DNA from: Candidatus Alloscybalousia sp. | GTDB lineage: Bacteria > Bacillota_I > Bacilli_A > RF39 > UBA660 | NCBI GenBank assembly: GCA_045595895.1 | Contig: JAZOBJ010000035.1 | Location: forward strand, 25,277-89,276 | Direction: 5' to 3' | DNA length: 64,000 nt | Shown: positions 9,251 through 19,659 of the stretch, in pieces | Layout: each line of letters begins with the position of its first letter | How positions within the stretch are numbered: position 1 is the first letter of the stretch | Notes under the pieces: model-generated | Databases searched by the model: none | The model's input: only the letters and a program-made list of their open reading frames with translations | What the model was told of the DNA's origin: nothing | Position numbers and translations under genes: made by a program

Positions 9251-11548
9251 TTATTCTTCATCATCATTAACTAGTTTAATTAATACTTCGCGAGGTTTAG
9301 AACCATTTTGTGGACCAATGATACCTCTTTCTTCTAGTAGATCAATTATTCTAGCGGCACGATTGTAACCTAATCTATATTTTCTTTGTAATAGTGATGC
9401 ACTTACTTTACCAGAGTTTACTACGAAATCTACTATTTCATTATATAATGGATCATCATATTCTTCTGGGGCATTTTTAACATCTCCTACACTCATACTT
9501 TCACTACTTGGTTCACTTTCACCCAAATTCATGAATCTTTCGTCATATTGTGCTTTTTGTTGTTCAATTGTATGGTCAACAATTTTTTGTAGATCTTCAT
9601 CAGATACATAAGCTCCTTGAACACGAGATGGTGTTATATCACCCATTGGAGAGAATAACATATCACCTTTACCTAATAACTTCTCTGCACCGCTTTGATC
9701 TAGGATAGTACGTGAGTCAATATTAGATGATACTGCAAATGCTATACGTGATGGTATATTAGCTTTAATTACACCAGTAATTACATCTGTAGATGGTCTT
9801 TGTGTTGCAATAATTAAATGGATACCTGCAGCACGTGCCATTTGTGTAATACGCATAATTGAGTCTTCAACTTCTTTACTAGCTACTAACATTAAGTCAG
9901 CTAATTCGTCTACTATTACTACGATGTATGGCATATGATTCATCTTATCTTCATCAGGTAGATTTTCATTTTGTTTATCCACCCATTCGTTATATGTAGC
10001 AATATTTTTTACACCTTTATCACTGAATTTATCATAACGGTCTTCCATTTCACGAACAATTCTTTTTAAAGCATCATTAGCTTTTCTAGGATCCGTTACT
10101 ACTGGTATTAATAAGTGCGGTACACCGTTATACATACTAAGCTCTACTTTTTTGGGGTCAACTAATACAAGTTTTACTTCACTTGGTTTAGTTCTCATTA
10201 AGATTGATGCGATGATACAGTTGATACATACTGATTTACCAGACCCTGTAGCACCAGCTACTAAAAGGTGTGGCGTTTTATCAATTTCACAGAAGATACT
10301 ATTACCCATGATATTTTTACCAAGAGCTACTAGTAACTTACTCTTTTCTTTATTAGCTGGTACTGCTTCTAAAATTTCTCTTAGTCCAACTGGTGTTACT
10401 GAATCGTTAGCAAGTTCAATTCCAACTGTACTTTTACCAGGAATTGGTGCTTGAATACGTACATCTTTCTTAGCTAGAGCTAAAGAAATTTCTTTATTTA
10501 AACTTGTGATTTTACTCATCTTAGTTCCTGATGATATTTCAAGTTCATATTGAGTAACACTAGGCCCAACATTAACTTCTACTACTTTAGCATTAATACC
10601 AAAGTCTTTTAATACTTTTTCTAACTTCATTATATTAGCTTCAATAACATCGTTGTTACTTCCTGCTGCTTTCTTCTTAGTTTGAGATAAAATAGAAATT
10701 GATGGAAGTTTATAGTTATAATTAGTATTATCATTTATTCTTACTTCTGGGGTTTTAGATATAGGTTCAACTGGTCCTACACTGCTAATATTAATGTTTG
10801 GTATTTGAGAAGTTTCTTGTTTAGGCTCATCTTTTAAATGGGTGATTTCATCAATACTATGGATTTTAATTTTATTTTCATCTTTTGATTCTACCTGAGT
10901 TAAAGCATCCCTAATTACTGATGAATCATTAACAATGACACCTGTATCTTCTAAAGACAATTTTTTCTTTTTCTTACGTTTAAATGGTTTTAATAATATA
11001 CCAATTAAGTCAACGCCTGTCATGAATACAATACCAAGTATTATAAGTACTATTGATACTATATATGTTCCTTCTATTGCGAATAATTTAAAGAACAAAA
11101 CACTAAGTGCTGCACCGATAATTCCAGCACCTTTTAATGTTAATGGCGATTCATATAATGCGTTTGAAAAATTTGCTAGTAAGTTATCCATAGTTTTTTG
11201 GAATACTACCATTATGTCGCTAGTATGTTCTTTTACATAGCCAACGTGTGATAAAACTAAGATTCCTATTATTAAAATATAAAAACCTATTAATCTACCT
11301 GTAAAGAAATCAGGCCATTCTCTTTTATATATTAAATAGAATCCTAATATTAATACTAATAATAATAAAATTTGATATCCAGTTCCTACTAGAAACATTG
11401 CGAAACTAGCACCCATTCTACCAATTCCACCGAATGGTTCAGGCACAATACTTAGAATACTAATAATTATTAAGACTATTCCTATTATTTCTGTCCAATG
11501 TTCAAATTTCTTTTTTGCTGGATCTTTTTTTCTTTTTTTCTTTGCCAT
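9251..11548 (-). CDS. ftsK: DNA translocase FtsK/SpoIIIE
   Basis: N-terminal multi-TM region. Walker A VAGATGSGKSVCIN, Walker B VVIVDELADLM. C-terminal gamma winged-helix LLQRKYRLGYNRAARIIDLLEERGIIGP. RBS AAGAGGAG upstream. Confidence 0.95.
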   Translation of the reverse strand: MAKKKRKKDPAKKKFEHWTEIIGIVLIIISILSIVPEPFGGIGRMGASFAMFLVGTGYQILLLLVLILGFYLIYKREWPDFFTGRLIGFYILIIGILVLSHVGYVKEHTSDIMVVFQKTMDNLLANFSNALYESPLTLKGAGIIGAALSVLFFKLFAIEGTYIVSIVLIILGIVFMTGVDLIGILLKPFKRKKKKKLSLEDTGVIVNDSSVIRDALTQVESKDENKIKIHSIDEITHLKDEPKQETSQIPNINISSVGPVEPISKTPEVRINDNTNYNYKLPSISILSQTKKKAAGSNNDVIEANIMKLEKVLKDFGINAKVVEVNVGPSVTQYELEISSGTKMSKITSLNKEISLALAKKDVRIQAPIPGKSTVGIELANDSVTPVGLREILEAVPANKEKSKLLVALGKNIMGNSIFCEIDKTPHLLVAGATGSGKSVCINCIIASILMRTKPSEVKLVLVDPKKVELSMYNGVPHLLIPVVTDPRKANDALKRIVREMEDRYDKFSDKGVKNIATYNEWVDKQNENLPDEDKMNHMPYIVVIVDELADLMLVASKEVEDSIMRITQMARAAGIHLIIATQRPSTDVITGVIKANIPSRIAFAVSSNIDSRTILDQSGAEKLLGKGDMLFSPMGDITPSRVQGAYVSDEDLQKIVDHTIEQQKAQYDERFMNLGESEPSSESMSVGDVKNAPEEYDDPLYNEIVDFVVNSGKVSASLLQRKYRLGYNRAARIIDLLEERGIIGPQNGSKPREVLIKLVNDDEE

Positions 11549-11577
11549 ACTTAAACTCCTCTTATGATTCTAATAGT

Positions 11578-11586
11578 ATTATAACA
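11578..11586 (-). promoter_or_regulatory. Candidate extended -10 promoter (TGTTATAAT) upstream of ftsK
   Basis: Reverse strand reads ATATGTTATAATACT about 35 nt upstream of the ftsK ATG. No good -35. Confidence 0.3.
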
Positions 11587-11629
11587 TATTTTATTAAAAT
11601 AAAAAAATAGTTTAGACAAAGTTTTACCT

Positions 11630-12415
11630 TTAATCTAAATTATTTTTTAATTCTTTTAAGGTTTGTAAGAACTGGTTTGCATTTTCTATTTCGATGTCTG
11701 GAACTTTTTTTGTTTCTATTGGGGGTTTTTGTATACCATATACTGGTGATAAATAAGGACTATTTTTAAAAGTTGAATTAGATTGAGTTGATGCTGTTTT
11801 TTTCATATCACTGAAATCTTCCATTTCTACTTTGTTACTTTCCTCTTCACTTTCTTTTTTCTTATATAATTCTTCAATATTAATTGGAATTTCATCATCT
11901 TCTAGATATTGAATTTTTTCGTTTTCACTATATAATTTCTCAAAAGATTCTTTTAATTCGTTATAACTAATGATAGCATTTTTTTCTTGTTCCTCTTCAA
12001 ATATTTCATATTTATCTTTATCTTGTTTTTCTTCTATTTCAGCTTTTTCCAAAGCTTTGGTAATTTCTTCTACTCTAATTTGAGCTTGAGTTTTTTCTAA
12101 GTCATTTTCAGTATATATTTCATCAAGTTCTACTTCATCTAAAATATCACTACTAGTTACTATTTCTGTTTCCTTAATTGGTTGTAGACTTTCAAAATCT
12201 TCTATATCCTTTTTAGAATTTATTTCGATTATTTCTGTTTCTTCTACTTCTTCCGTCTTCAATGCTTCTGGATCTGCTATTATTTTCATATTTAGTGTAT
12301 CAAATAAGTTTTGATTTCTTTTTTTAGTTTCTTTTTTATCTAAAACAATTATCACTATAATTAAAACAATAACTATAGCTATTAATCCATATACAAAAAA
12401 TAGTTCACTATTCAT
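11630..12415 (-). CDS. Hypothetical membrane-anchored protein with an acidic Glu-rich coiled region
   Basis: Start moved to the internal Met (MNSELFFVYGLIAIVIVL) because GGAGTGAGAAG lies 6 nt upstream. One N-terminal TM, then an E/K-rich segment. Confidence 0.45.
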   Translation of the reverse strand: MNSELFFVYGLIAIVIVLIIVIIVLDKKETKKRNQNLFDTLNMKIIADPEALKTEEVEETEIIEINSKKDIEDFESLQPIKETEIVTSSDILDEVELDEIYTENDLEKTQAQIRVEEITKALEKAEIEEKQDKDKYEIFEEEQEKNAIISYNELKESFEKLYSENEKIQYLEDDEIPINIEELYKKKESEEESNKVEMEDFSDMKKTASTQSNSTFKNSPYLSPVYGIQKPPIETKKVPDIEIENANQFLQTLKELKNNLD

Positions 12416-12422
12416 ATACTTC

Positions 12423-13148
12423 TCACTCCATATCCAAATATCTAACAACACTCATTATAAATGTTGATGCAGTTTCTGTTCTTAAAATACTATTTCCTAA
12501 AGATAAAGAAATAAATCCATTTTCAATGAACTTTTTTTCCTCTTCTTCAGTAAAACCACCCTCGGGTCCTATTACAAATAACATTCTAACACTTCCATTT
12601 AAATTTGATAATACTTTTTTGATATTTTGGCTAGTTTCATTCGTTGAACATAAAAATTTAATGTCATAATCTGACAAGTTTACTAAATTGGATAGTGTCA
12701 TAGCATTAGTAACGTTTGGGATAGTATTTCTTTTTGATTGTTCTGATGCTTCTTTTACTATTTTTTGCCATCTCTCTATTTTTTTATCTTGTTTACTATC
12801 AAGTTTGATTATTGAACGTGATGCTATGTATGGAATGATTTCAGATACTCCGAGTTCAGTAGTTTTTTGTAGTATATAATCCATTTTTTGTTCTTTTACT
12901 AGTGATTGAGCAATAGTTACACTGATTGATAGTTCATTATTTATTTCTATTTCTTCAACTATTTCTACTTTCACAACCGGCGTTAGTGCTAAAATTTTAC
13001 CTATATATAGTCGTTTATTATAAATTATTTCAACTTTATCTTCTTCCTTCATTCTCATTACTGTGGTTATATGATAAGTATCGTTTTCTGATAATATAAA
13101 TGTGTTATTTTCTTTTTTATCTACAAAGTATCTTTGCATTTCTATCAC
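12423..13148 (-). CDS. rsmE: 16S rRNA (uracil1498-N3)-methyltransferase RsmE
   Basis: MQRYFVDKKEN... N-terminal PUA-like region and C-terminal SPOUT end (FISLSLGNSILRTETAS) typical of RsmE. Confidence 0.8.
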   Translation of the reverse strand: MIEMQRYFVDKKENNTFILSENDTYHITTVMRMKEEDKVEIIYNKRLYIGKILALTPVVKVEIVEEIEINNELSISVTIAQSLVKEQKMDYILQKTTELGVSEIIPYIASRSIIKLDSKQDKKIERWQKIVKEASEQSKRNTIPNVTNAMTLSNLVNLSDYDIKFLCSTNETSQNIKKVLSNLNGSVRMLFVIGPEGGFTEEEEKKFIENGFISLSLGNSILRTETASTFIMSVVRYLDME

Positions 13149-13266
13149 CTACATTAATTTTACTTAAATGAAGTTAAAAAGTAAAGTTTATCCTGTTTTT
13201 TTTAAATGTTTTAAGATGTATTTAGAAGCTGTTATGGTAAATATAAAAAAGTATTAAGCATTTAGC

Positions 13267-13497
13267 TTAGTACTTTTTAAGTTTAAAAAATTCACTATTT
13301 ACTATCTCATATCCTTTTACTGATAATCTCTCTGGAATATATGATAATATTAAATATTTTATATTACTATATTTGTTATCTAATAATTCATTATATATTT
13401 CTATTATTTTTTTATCATTTGATTTATTTTGATTTGATATTTTAATTAATTCTTCACTTATTCTGTCAGCTTCTTTTATATATAAATAGTTATTCAT
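13267..13497 (-). CDS. Small hypothetical protein (76 aa)
   Basis: ORF only; intergenic position between rsmE and ftsW. No motif recognised. Confidence 0.3.
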   Translation of the reverse strand: MNNYLYIKEADRISEELIKISNQNKSNDKKIIEIYNELLDNKYSNIKYLILSYIPERLSVKGYEIVNSEFFKLKKY

Positions 13498-13572
13498 AGG
13501 TTAACTCCTTTATTTTTTCTTATGTTTATTATTATAATGGTTATACAGCCAATAGTCAATAAACCATGTTAA

Positions 13573-13860
13573 TTGGTAAAATTTACCATAGGATGTGTTA
13601 TAATGGTAAAAGTAAATATTGAGGGTGGTTATTACCTATTTAAACTTAATAATATTTTAAAAGAAAGAGAAATTAGTAAGAATAAATTGATGCGTGAAAC
13701 AAATACTGATTTTAAAGTAATTCAAAGAATTATTACTGGAGAGCTTACGAAACTTGATATTATTGTGTTAGCTAGAATATGTAATTTTTTAGATTGTCAT
13801 ATATCTGATATTGTTGAATACTACCCTGTTTTAACTAAAGATTTAGAAGAAGTTAAATAA
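13573..13860 (+). CDS. Small XRE/Cro-family HTH transcriptional regulator
   Basis: LKEREISKNKLMRETNTDFKVIQRIITGE...LARICNFLDCHISDIVEY is a classic Cro/C1-type HTH. The true start is probably the internal MVKVNIEGG. Confidence 0.55.
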   Translation: MVKFTIGCVIMVKVNIEGGYYLFKLNNILKEREISKNKLMRETNTDFKVIQRIITGELTKLDIIVLARICNFLDCHISDIVEYYPVLTKDLEEVK

Positions 13861-13869
13861 TAACTTCTT

Positions 13870-14961
13870 TTATTTTTGTCCTCTAGAAATATTTAATAAA
13901 ATACCAATTGATACTAGTGTTATTAATAAACTACTACCTCCATATGATAAAAACGGTAATGTTACTCCCGTTACTGGTATTAAACCAATTACTACCATTA
14001 GATTCATTACTGCTTGAATTAAAATTTGAAATATCATTCCAAATGCTAGATATTTAGGAAAATTTTCTTTACAGTTTAAAGCTATTTTTATACCTCGATA
14101 AAGAATTATTAAAAATAATGTACTTACTATTATTACTCCCAGTATTCCAAATTCTTCACTAATAATTGAAAAAATAAAATCGGTTTGGGGTTCTGGTAAA
14201 TAGAATTGTTTTTGTCTAGAGTTTAGAAATCCTTGACCTAAGAGTCCTCCTGGACCTATAGCATATAAACTTTGAATGATTTGAAATCCTGTGCCTAACG
14301 GATCTTTCCATGGGTCTAAAAAGGATGTTATACGGTCCATACGATATGGTGCTATAACGATTAAACCAATAATTCCAAATACACCTAATGCTCCTAAGCC
14401 AATGAAGAACTTCATATTTACTCCAGCTACAAATAACATTGCTAAAATACTTACTACAATAATCATACCAGTACCAAAATCTGGTTGAAGCATAATGAGA
14501 CCAAAGATAGTAAATAATACAATTAAAATTGGTATAACACCTTTTCTAATATCTTTTAAGAATTTGTTGTTGTTTGATAAATATTTTGCGGTGAAAATAA
14601 TAAGTCCAAGTTTGGCGAATTCGCTAGGTTGAATACCAAATGAACCTATCCCAAACCAACTTTGACTACCATTTCTAACAGTACCAATACCTGGAATTAG
14701 GACAAGTACTAATAAAAAGAGACAAACTACTAGTATTAAGTTTGTCTTTTTATAGTACCATGAATAATCTATTTTTGATATTCCAATTATTAATATGATT
14801 CCTATTACGATGAATAATGATTGTTGTTTAACATATTTAAAACTATCGTTAAACTTATACCCTGCCCAGATTGATGAAGCTGAATATATCATTACGAGTC
14901 CAAATAATATTAAGAGTATTACTGCGATAAAAAGAACTACGTCAATTTTTCGCTTTTTCAT
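13870..14961 (-). CDS. ftsW: SEDS-family peptidoglycan glycosyltransferase (FtsW/SpoVE/RodA)
   Basis: Ten-TM SEDS pattern, IYSASS motif, length 363 aa. Sits downstream of mraY as in dcw clusters. Confidence 0.85.
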   Translation of the reverse strand: MKKRKIDVVLFIAVILLILFGLVMIYSASSIWAGYKFNDSFKYVKQQSLFIVIGIILIIGISKIDYSWYYKKTNLILVVCLFLLVLVLIPGIGTVRNGSQSWFGIGSFGIQPSEFAKLGLIIFTAKYLSNNNKFLKDIRKGVIPILIVLFTIFGLIMLQPDFGTGMIIVVSILAMLFVAGVNMKFFIGLGALGVFGIIGLIVIAPYRMDRITSFLDPWKDPLGTGFQIIQSLYAIGPGGLLGQGFLNSRQKQFYLPEPQTDFIFSIISEEFGILGVIIVSTLFLIILYRGIKIALNCKENFPKYLAFGMIFQILIQAVMNLMVVIGLIPVTGVTLPFLSYGGSSLLITLVSIGILLNISRGQK

Positions 14962-14975
14962 TTAATCACTCTTTC

Positions 14976-15957
14976 TTATAACCATACTCCAAAGAAAATT
15001 CCACACATAGCTAGGATTAATCCTGTTACCCAGAATAATTTAACTATATCTTGTTCTTTCCATCCTAATTTTTCAAAATGATGATGAAGTGGTGACATTA
15101 AGAATAATTTTCTTTTAAATACATATAACCAAATTACTTGTAGTATTACACTTAATGTTTCAATTATAAATACACTTGCTACTACTGCTAAGGTAACTTC
15201 ACGATGTGTTAAGACTGCTATCGTTGACATTACACCACCTAGTGCCAAACTACCAGTATCACCCATAAATACTCTAGCTGGATGTGTATTAAATACTAAG
15301 AAACCAATAACACTTCCGGCTAATATAAATGTAAAAATACCCATATCTTCAAAACCAACTACCATTGAAATTAAACTAAAGGCAATGAATGCTATAGCTG
15401 ATAATCCTCCAGCTAAACCATCCAATCCATCAGTTAAGTTAACAGCATTTGAACCACCTACTAATAAGAATAGGATAAATAATCCATATAGCCATCCCAT
15501 TTCTATATTAATTCCAAGTGTTGATACAACAAGTGCTGTTTGACCACCATTACTAACATACATATAAAAGAATACTAAAGCAATTAGAACTTGACCTATT
15601 AATTTTTGAACCTCTGTTAGTCCCTCATTATTTCTTCTTTTGATACTTAAATAATCATCTAAAAAACCAATTACTGCATAACCAACGAATACTATTAATA
15701 CAATACCTAAGTTAGCTGTATATTCCATCTTACCAGTTATTAATAATATCAGTGTAGTAAGTAGTGTAGAAATAATAAATATTAGTCCTCCCATAGTTGG
15801 GGTTCCTTCTTTTTTTCTATGGCTTTCGCCTACAAAAACACTAATTCTCTGTCCTACATTTAATTTTTTCAAAGCAGGTATTAAAATTAGCCCTAGTACT
15901 ACAGAACATAAAAAACCAATCATGATTGCGAAAATTGATTTGGTTAGAATTAGCATA
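14976..15957 (-). CDS. mraY: Phospho-N-acetylmuramoyl-pentapeptide transferase MraY
   Basis: Start moved to MLILTKS (RBS AGGAGTG 5-6 nt upstream; a TATAAT box lies between the first and second ATG). Typical MraY TM pattern and DDxxD-like region. Confidence 0.9.
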
Positions 15958-16085
15958 TAATCACTCCTATTTCTGATAAACATTATACTACATTTTTTTA
16001 TTAATTCTAAGTATTATTATTTTTTTATACATAATTTTACATTAGCACTATTTCATTATATGGGATAAATTTTGTATTTATACTT

Positions 16086-18005
16086 TTAATCACTTCCTAG
16101 TAATAAGACAACTGTTTCATCTGCTGCTAGTCTTTCACCTGCTTTAGGACTTTGGGTAATTATCTTATCACCACTACCTGCATATTCTATCTTCCAGTTG
16201 GTTAGTAGTTTTTTAGCTTCTTTTATAGTCATTCCTTCTACATTTGGAACTTCATAATATATTTTATCTTCCCAAGTATATTCTTTTACTATTTGGCCTT
16301 CTTGTTTTGGGATATCAAGTGCATCAATAATGTCTAATAATACACGTCTAGCGATTGGAGTAGTTGTATAGCTTGATAAAAGTGCAGTATTTTTAGGGTT
16401 GTCTAACGCAATATATAATACTGCTTGCGGGTCATTAGCTGGTACTACTGACATGAAACTCATTATATAATTTCCTACTAAGTATCTTCCGTTTTCTACT
16501 TTCTGCGCTGTTCCTGTTTTGCCACCTACTCGGTATCCATCGATATATGCTGCTTTACCTCCACCTAATGCTACTACACTTTCTAGTGCTCTACGCATTT
16601 TATTACTAGTTTCTTCAGAGATGGTATTTCTAATTAGTGTTGGTTTATTTTCTTGAATTATGGTATTAGTTTCAGGCTCTAGTATTCCTTTAACCACATA
16701 TGGTTGATATAGTTTTCCACCATTTACTATTGATGATACAGCTGTTGTTTGTTGGATTGGAGTTACACTTACCCCTTGGCCAAAGGCAGTTGTTACTAGT
16801 TCTAGTTCTCCTACTTTATCAAGTGGAAAGATTATGCCTTCGGCCTCACCATTTAAGTCAATCCCAGTTTTTGAACCAAATCCAAATAAATCTAGATATG
16901 AAAACAATCTTTCTTTTCCTAACATTTGTCCGAGTTTTACGAATCCCGGGTTACAAGAATTTTGTAGAACCTGTAAATATGTTTGATCGCCATGTCCTCC
17001 AGCTTTCCAACATCCTATTCTAGCCCCACCTATATGTACGCTACCTGAATCATAAAAATGATCATTATCCATATCCATTAATCCTTCCTCTAAAGCAGCA
17101 GCAAATGTTGCGATTTTAAAAGTAGAACCTGGTTCGTATGATGCCCATATTGGTAGGTTACGGCTTAAAACTTCCATAGTTGAATCTTGATAATTATTTG
17201 GATCATATGTAGGTCTTGATGACATAGCGAGTATTTCACCAGTATTAGGGTCCATTACTACAGCAAGCGCCATATCTGGATTAAACGCTTTAACTGCATT
17301 ATCTAACTCTCTTTCTAAAGACATTTGAATATTATAATCAATAGTTAGTTGTAGGTTCATTCCACTAGTTGGGGCAACATATATATCTGATAATTCTAAT
17401 TTATTTCCTTTAGCATCCGAAAAATACTTTATTGCCCCACTTTCACCAGTTAGATATTTATCATATTCTAATTCAAGACCACTTAGTCCTTGATTGTCTA
17501 TCCCAACATATCCTAAAACATGTGCTAATGTGTTTCCGTATGGATAATATCTTTTTGCTTCTTTAACTAAATATACCCCTGGTAGTTCTAATTCATCTAT
17601 TTTATTTGCCACTTCATATGATAATCTTCTTCCTTCTGGGTGAACTCTTTCAATGGAAGTGATTTTATTTACATGAGTATCCATTTCTTCTTTTGTTACG
17701 CCTAGTATTTCTGCTAGTTTTTTGCTGGTATTATCCTTATCTTTAATTTGATTAGGTATTAATACTAGTGATGTTGTTGTAAGGTTGTCTGCTAGTATTA
17801 TGCCATTACGATCAAGTATTAATCCACGATTAGCTTCAATGGGTAAATCTCTACTCCATAAATCATTAGCTAGCAGTGATAATTTTTCGTAACTAATGAG
17901 TTGAATAAAAGCAACTCTTAATATTATAAATATAAACATCAATACAATAATATAAAATACTAATTTAATTCTAGAATCAATTCTTTTTAAAAACAATAGA
18001 CTCAC
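16086..18005 (-). CDS. ftsI: Class B penicillin-binding protein with C-terminal PASTA domain (PBP2B/FtsI/SpoVD-type)
   Basis: N-terminal TM. SxxK (GSTFK), SxN (SCN) and KTG (GKTGTAQ) motifs. One C-terminal PASTA domain. The start codon appears to be GTG or TTG. Confidence 0.85.
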   Translation of the reverse strand: MSLLFLKRIDSRIKLVFYIIVLMFIFIILRVAFIQLISYEKLSLLANDLWSRDLPIEANRGLILDRNGIILADNLTTTSLVLIPNQIKDKDNTSKKLAEILGVTKEEMDTHVNKITSIERVHPEGRRLSYEVANKIDELELPGVYLVKEAKRYYPYGNTLAHVLGYVGIDNQGLSGLELEYDKYLTGESGAIKYFSDAKGNKLELSDIYVAPTSGMNLQLTIDYNIQMSLERELDNAVKAFNPDMALAVVMDPNTGEILAMSSRPTYDPNNYQDSTMEVLSRNLPIWASYEPGSTFKIATFAAALEEGLMDMDNDHFYDSGSVHIGGARIGCWKAGGHGDQTYLQVLQNSCNPGFVKLGQMLGKERLFSYLDLFGFGSKTGIDLNGEAEGIIFPLDKVGELELVTTAFGQGVSVTPIQQTTAVSSIVNGGKLYQPYVVKGILEPETNTIIQENKPTLIRNTISEETSNKMRRALESVVALGGGKAAYIDGYRVGGKTGTAQKVENGRYLVGNYIMSFMSVVPANDPQAVLYIALDNPKNTALLSSYTTTPIARRVLLDIIDALDIPKQEGQIVKEYTWEDKIYYEVPNVEGMTIKEAKKLLTNWKIEYAGSGDKIITQSPKAGERLAADETVVLLLGSD

Positions 18006-18126
18006 CTCTCTAGGTAAGTCTATGTCTTAAACTTAAATTTTATTAAAAACTAATTTATTCTCCTTATTATATATACTATCTTTAGTATTTAACATAAGAA
18101 AACTTACCTGTTATGGTAAGTTATTG

Positions 18127-18972
18127 CTACTTATTTTTTACTTTTATCTTTGCTGGTTTTTTATTATATAACACAAATTTTTGTGTATCTTGGTTTAAAT
18201 ATGCGATGCTATTTTTATCTCCTGCTGTTGTTTTTACATAGTATAAAGCTTGGTCAGCTTCTTCCTTCTTATGTAGTAATTCTTTCTTTTGAGCATCATA
18301 TATATCACTATCTCCTAAATATAAAGATAATCCTACAGAGATTGATAATGGTATACCTAATTCTTCACCTAATAATTTTATTTCTTTTTGAATTGTACAC
18401 ATTTTTTCTAATATACATGTTATTTGGGATGTTTCAAAAAATAATAAGAATTCATCTCCACCAATTCTACACACACAATCTTGAGCTGATCTTTTATTTT
18501 TATCAAGTATTTTAGCTACTCCTTGCAGAGCTTTATCACCAACCATATGTCCAAATGTATCATTTATTGTTTTAAAATCATTAACATCGCAGATAACAAT
18601 TACACATGATTTCCCATTTAATAATATATCTGTTTCTTTTGCATTAGCAGCAGCTACATTTCCAATTTTGGTAAGTGGGTCTTGTTTTAATTCTCTAGAC
18701 AATTTTTTATTCTCTACTAGGAATAGTGTAACCTCAATAAATTCTTCCTGGATTAGTTCATAGTCGTGGATTGTTATAAGTTGGGATTTTTTCTTCCAAT
18801 ATCTATTAGTTACTTTGTCATAATAAATATCTTTAGCTATTAAGTTCATTGTAAAGAAACTATCCTCAACTTTTTTACTAATATTTAATATTTTTCCTTG
18901 GTTACTTCTTAAAATAATAACTGTATTTAAGTATTCCAATTGAAATTCATATTTCATATTATCTTCCCCCAT
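18127..18972 (-). CDS. GGDEF-domain diguanylate cyclase, cytoplasmic
   Basis: RIGGDEFLLFF present, and the DxN/FKxxND motif upstream. No TM segment; N-terminal domain unassigned. Confidence 0.75.
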   Translation of the reverse strand: MGEDNMKYEFQLEYLNTVIILRSNQGKILNISKKVEDSFFTMNLIAKDIYYDKVTNRYWKKKSQLITIHDYELIQEEFIEVTLFLVENKKLSRELKQDPLTKIGNVAAANAKETDILLNGKSCVIVICDVNDFKTINDTFGHMVGDKALQGVAKILDKNKRSAQDCVCRIGGDEFLLFFETSQITCILEKMCTIQKEIKLLGEELGIPLSISVGLSLYLGDSDIYDAQKKELLHKKEEADQALYYVKTTAGDKNSIAYLNQDTQKFVLYNKKPAKIKVKNK

Positions 18973-19011
18973 TTTATAATATGTGTACTTTAGATAAAGA
19001 AAGAAAAACTT

Positions 19012-19557
19012 TTATACTGTCATTAATTCATTTTCTTTTTCTTTAGTTTTATCTTCAATTAACTTATTATATTTATTAACTAAGTCTTGAACTTGATTTT
19101 CAAGTGATTTTTGTTCATCTTCAGAAATTTCTTGTTTTTCAATTTCTTCGTTAGCATCACGTCTAATATTTCTTATTGAAACTTTAGCATCTTCTGCCAT
19201 AGCTTTTACTTGTTTAGTTAATTCTTTTCTTCTTTCCTCAGTTAATATAGGAATTATAATACGTATTGTTTCACCGTCATTATTTGGTGTATATCCTAAG
19301 TTTGATTCAAAGATTGCTTTTTCAATAGCTCCTAGACATCCTCTATCGAATGGTTTAATTAATAGTTGTCTTGCTTCAGGAACTGATATTGTTGCAAGTT
19401 GTTTTAGTGGTGTTGGTACACCATAATATTCTGCACTAATCCCATCTAAACTTGAAGGATTTGCACGTCCTGCTCTAACAGTTGCAAATCTACTATCTAA
19501 ACTTTCTAAAGTTTTATCCATTTTTTCTTGTGTTAAATTAATAACATCTGTATTCAT
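19012..19557 (-). CDS. frr: Ribosome recycling factor
   Basis: 181 aa; DGISAEYYGVPTPLKQLATISVPEARQLLIKPFD is the Frr signature region. Confidence 0.9.
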   Translation of the reverse strand: MNTDVINLTQEKMDKTLESLDSRFATVRAGRANPSSLDGISAEYYGVPTPLKQLATISVPEARQLLIKPFDRGCLGAIEKAIFESNLGYTPNNDGETIRIIIPILTEERRKELTKQVKAMAEDAKVSIRNIRRDANEEIEKQEISEDEQKSLENQVQDLVNKYNKLIEDKTKEKENELMTV

Positions 19558-19625
19558 AAGTTTTAATTCTCCTTTTAACTAATTTATGTTTTTATTTTAT
19601 CACTATTAATTATTTGTATCAATAG

Positions 19626-19651
19626 AAAAAGCATCGTTTTGATGCTTTTTT
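19626..19651 (-). terminator. Rho-independent terminator after tsf (perfect palindrome, usable on either strand)
   Basis: AAAAAGCATC-GTTTT-GATGCTTTTT gives a 10-bp stem flanked by T-runs on both strands. Confidence 0.6.
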
Positions 19652-19659
19652 GTTATTTA

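Noticed and set aside
10152-11240. Plus-strand ORFs (100-101 aa) inside ftsK, and similar antisense ORFs inside tsf (20069-20551), ppdK (40207-40707), the PBP (16700-17023), topA (41823-42059) and others
   Set aside because: Each lies entirely antisense within a well-supported conserved gene. Low-complexity Ser/Leu/Phe-rich translations typical of the reverse frame of AT-rich coding DNA; no RBS.
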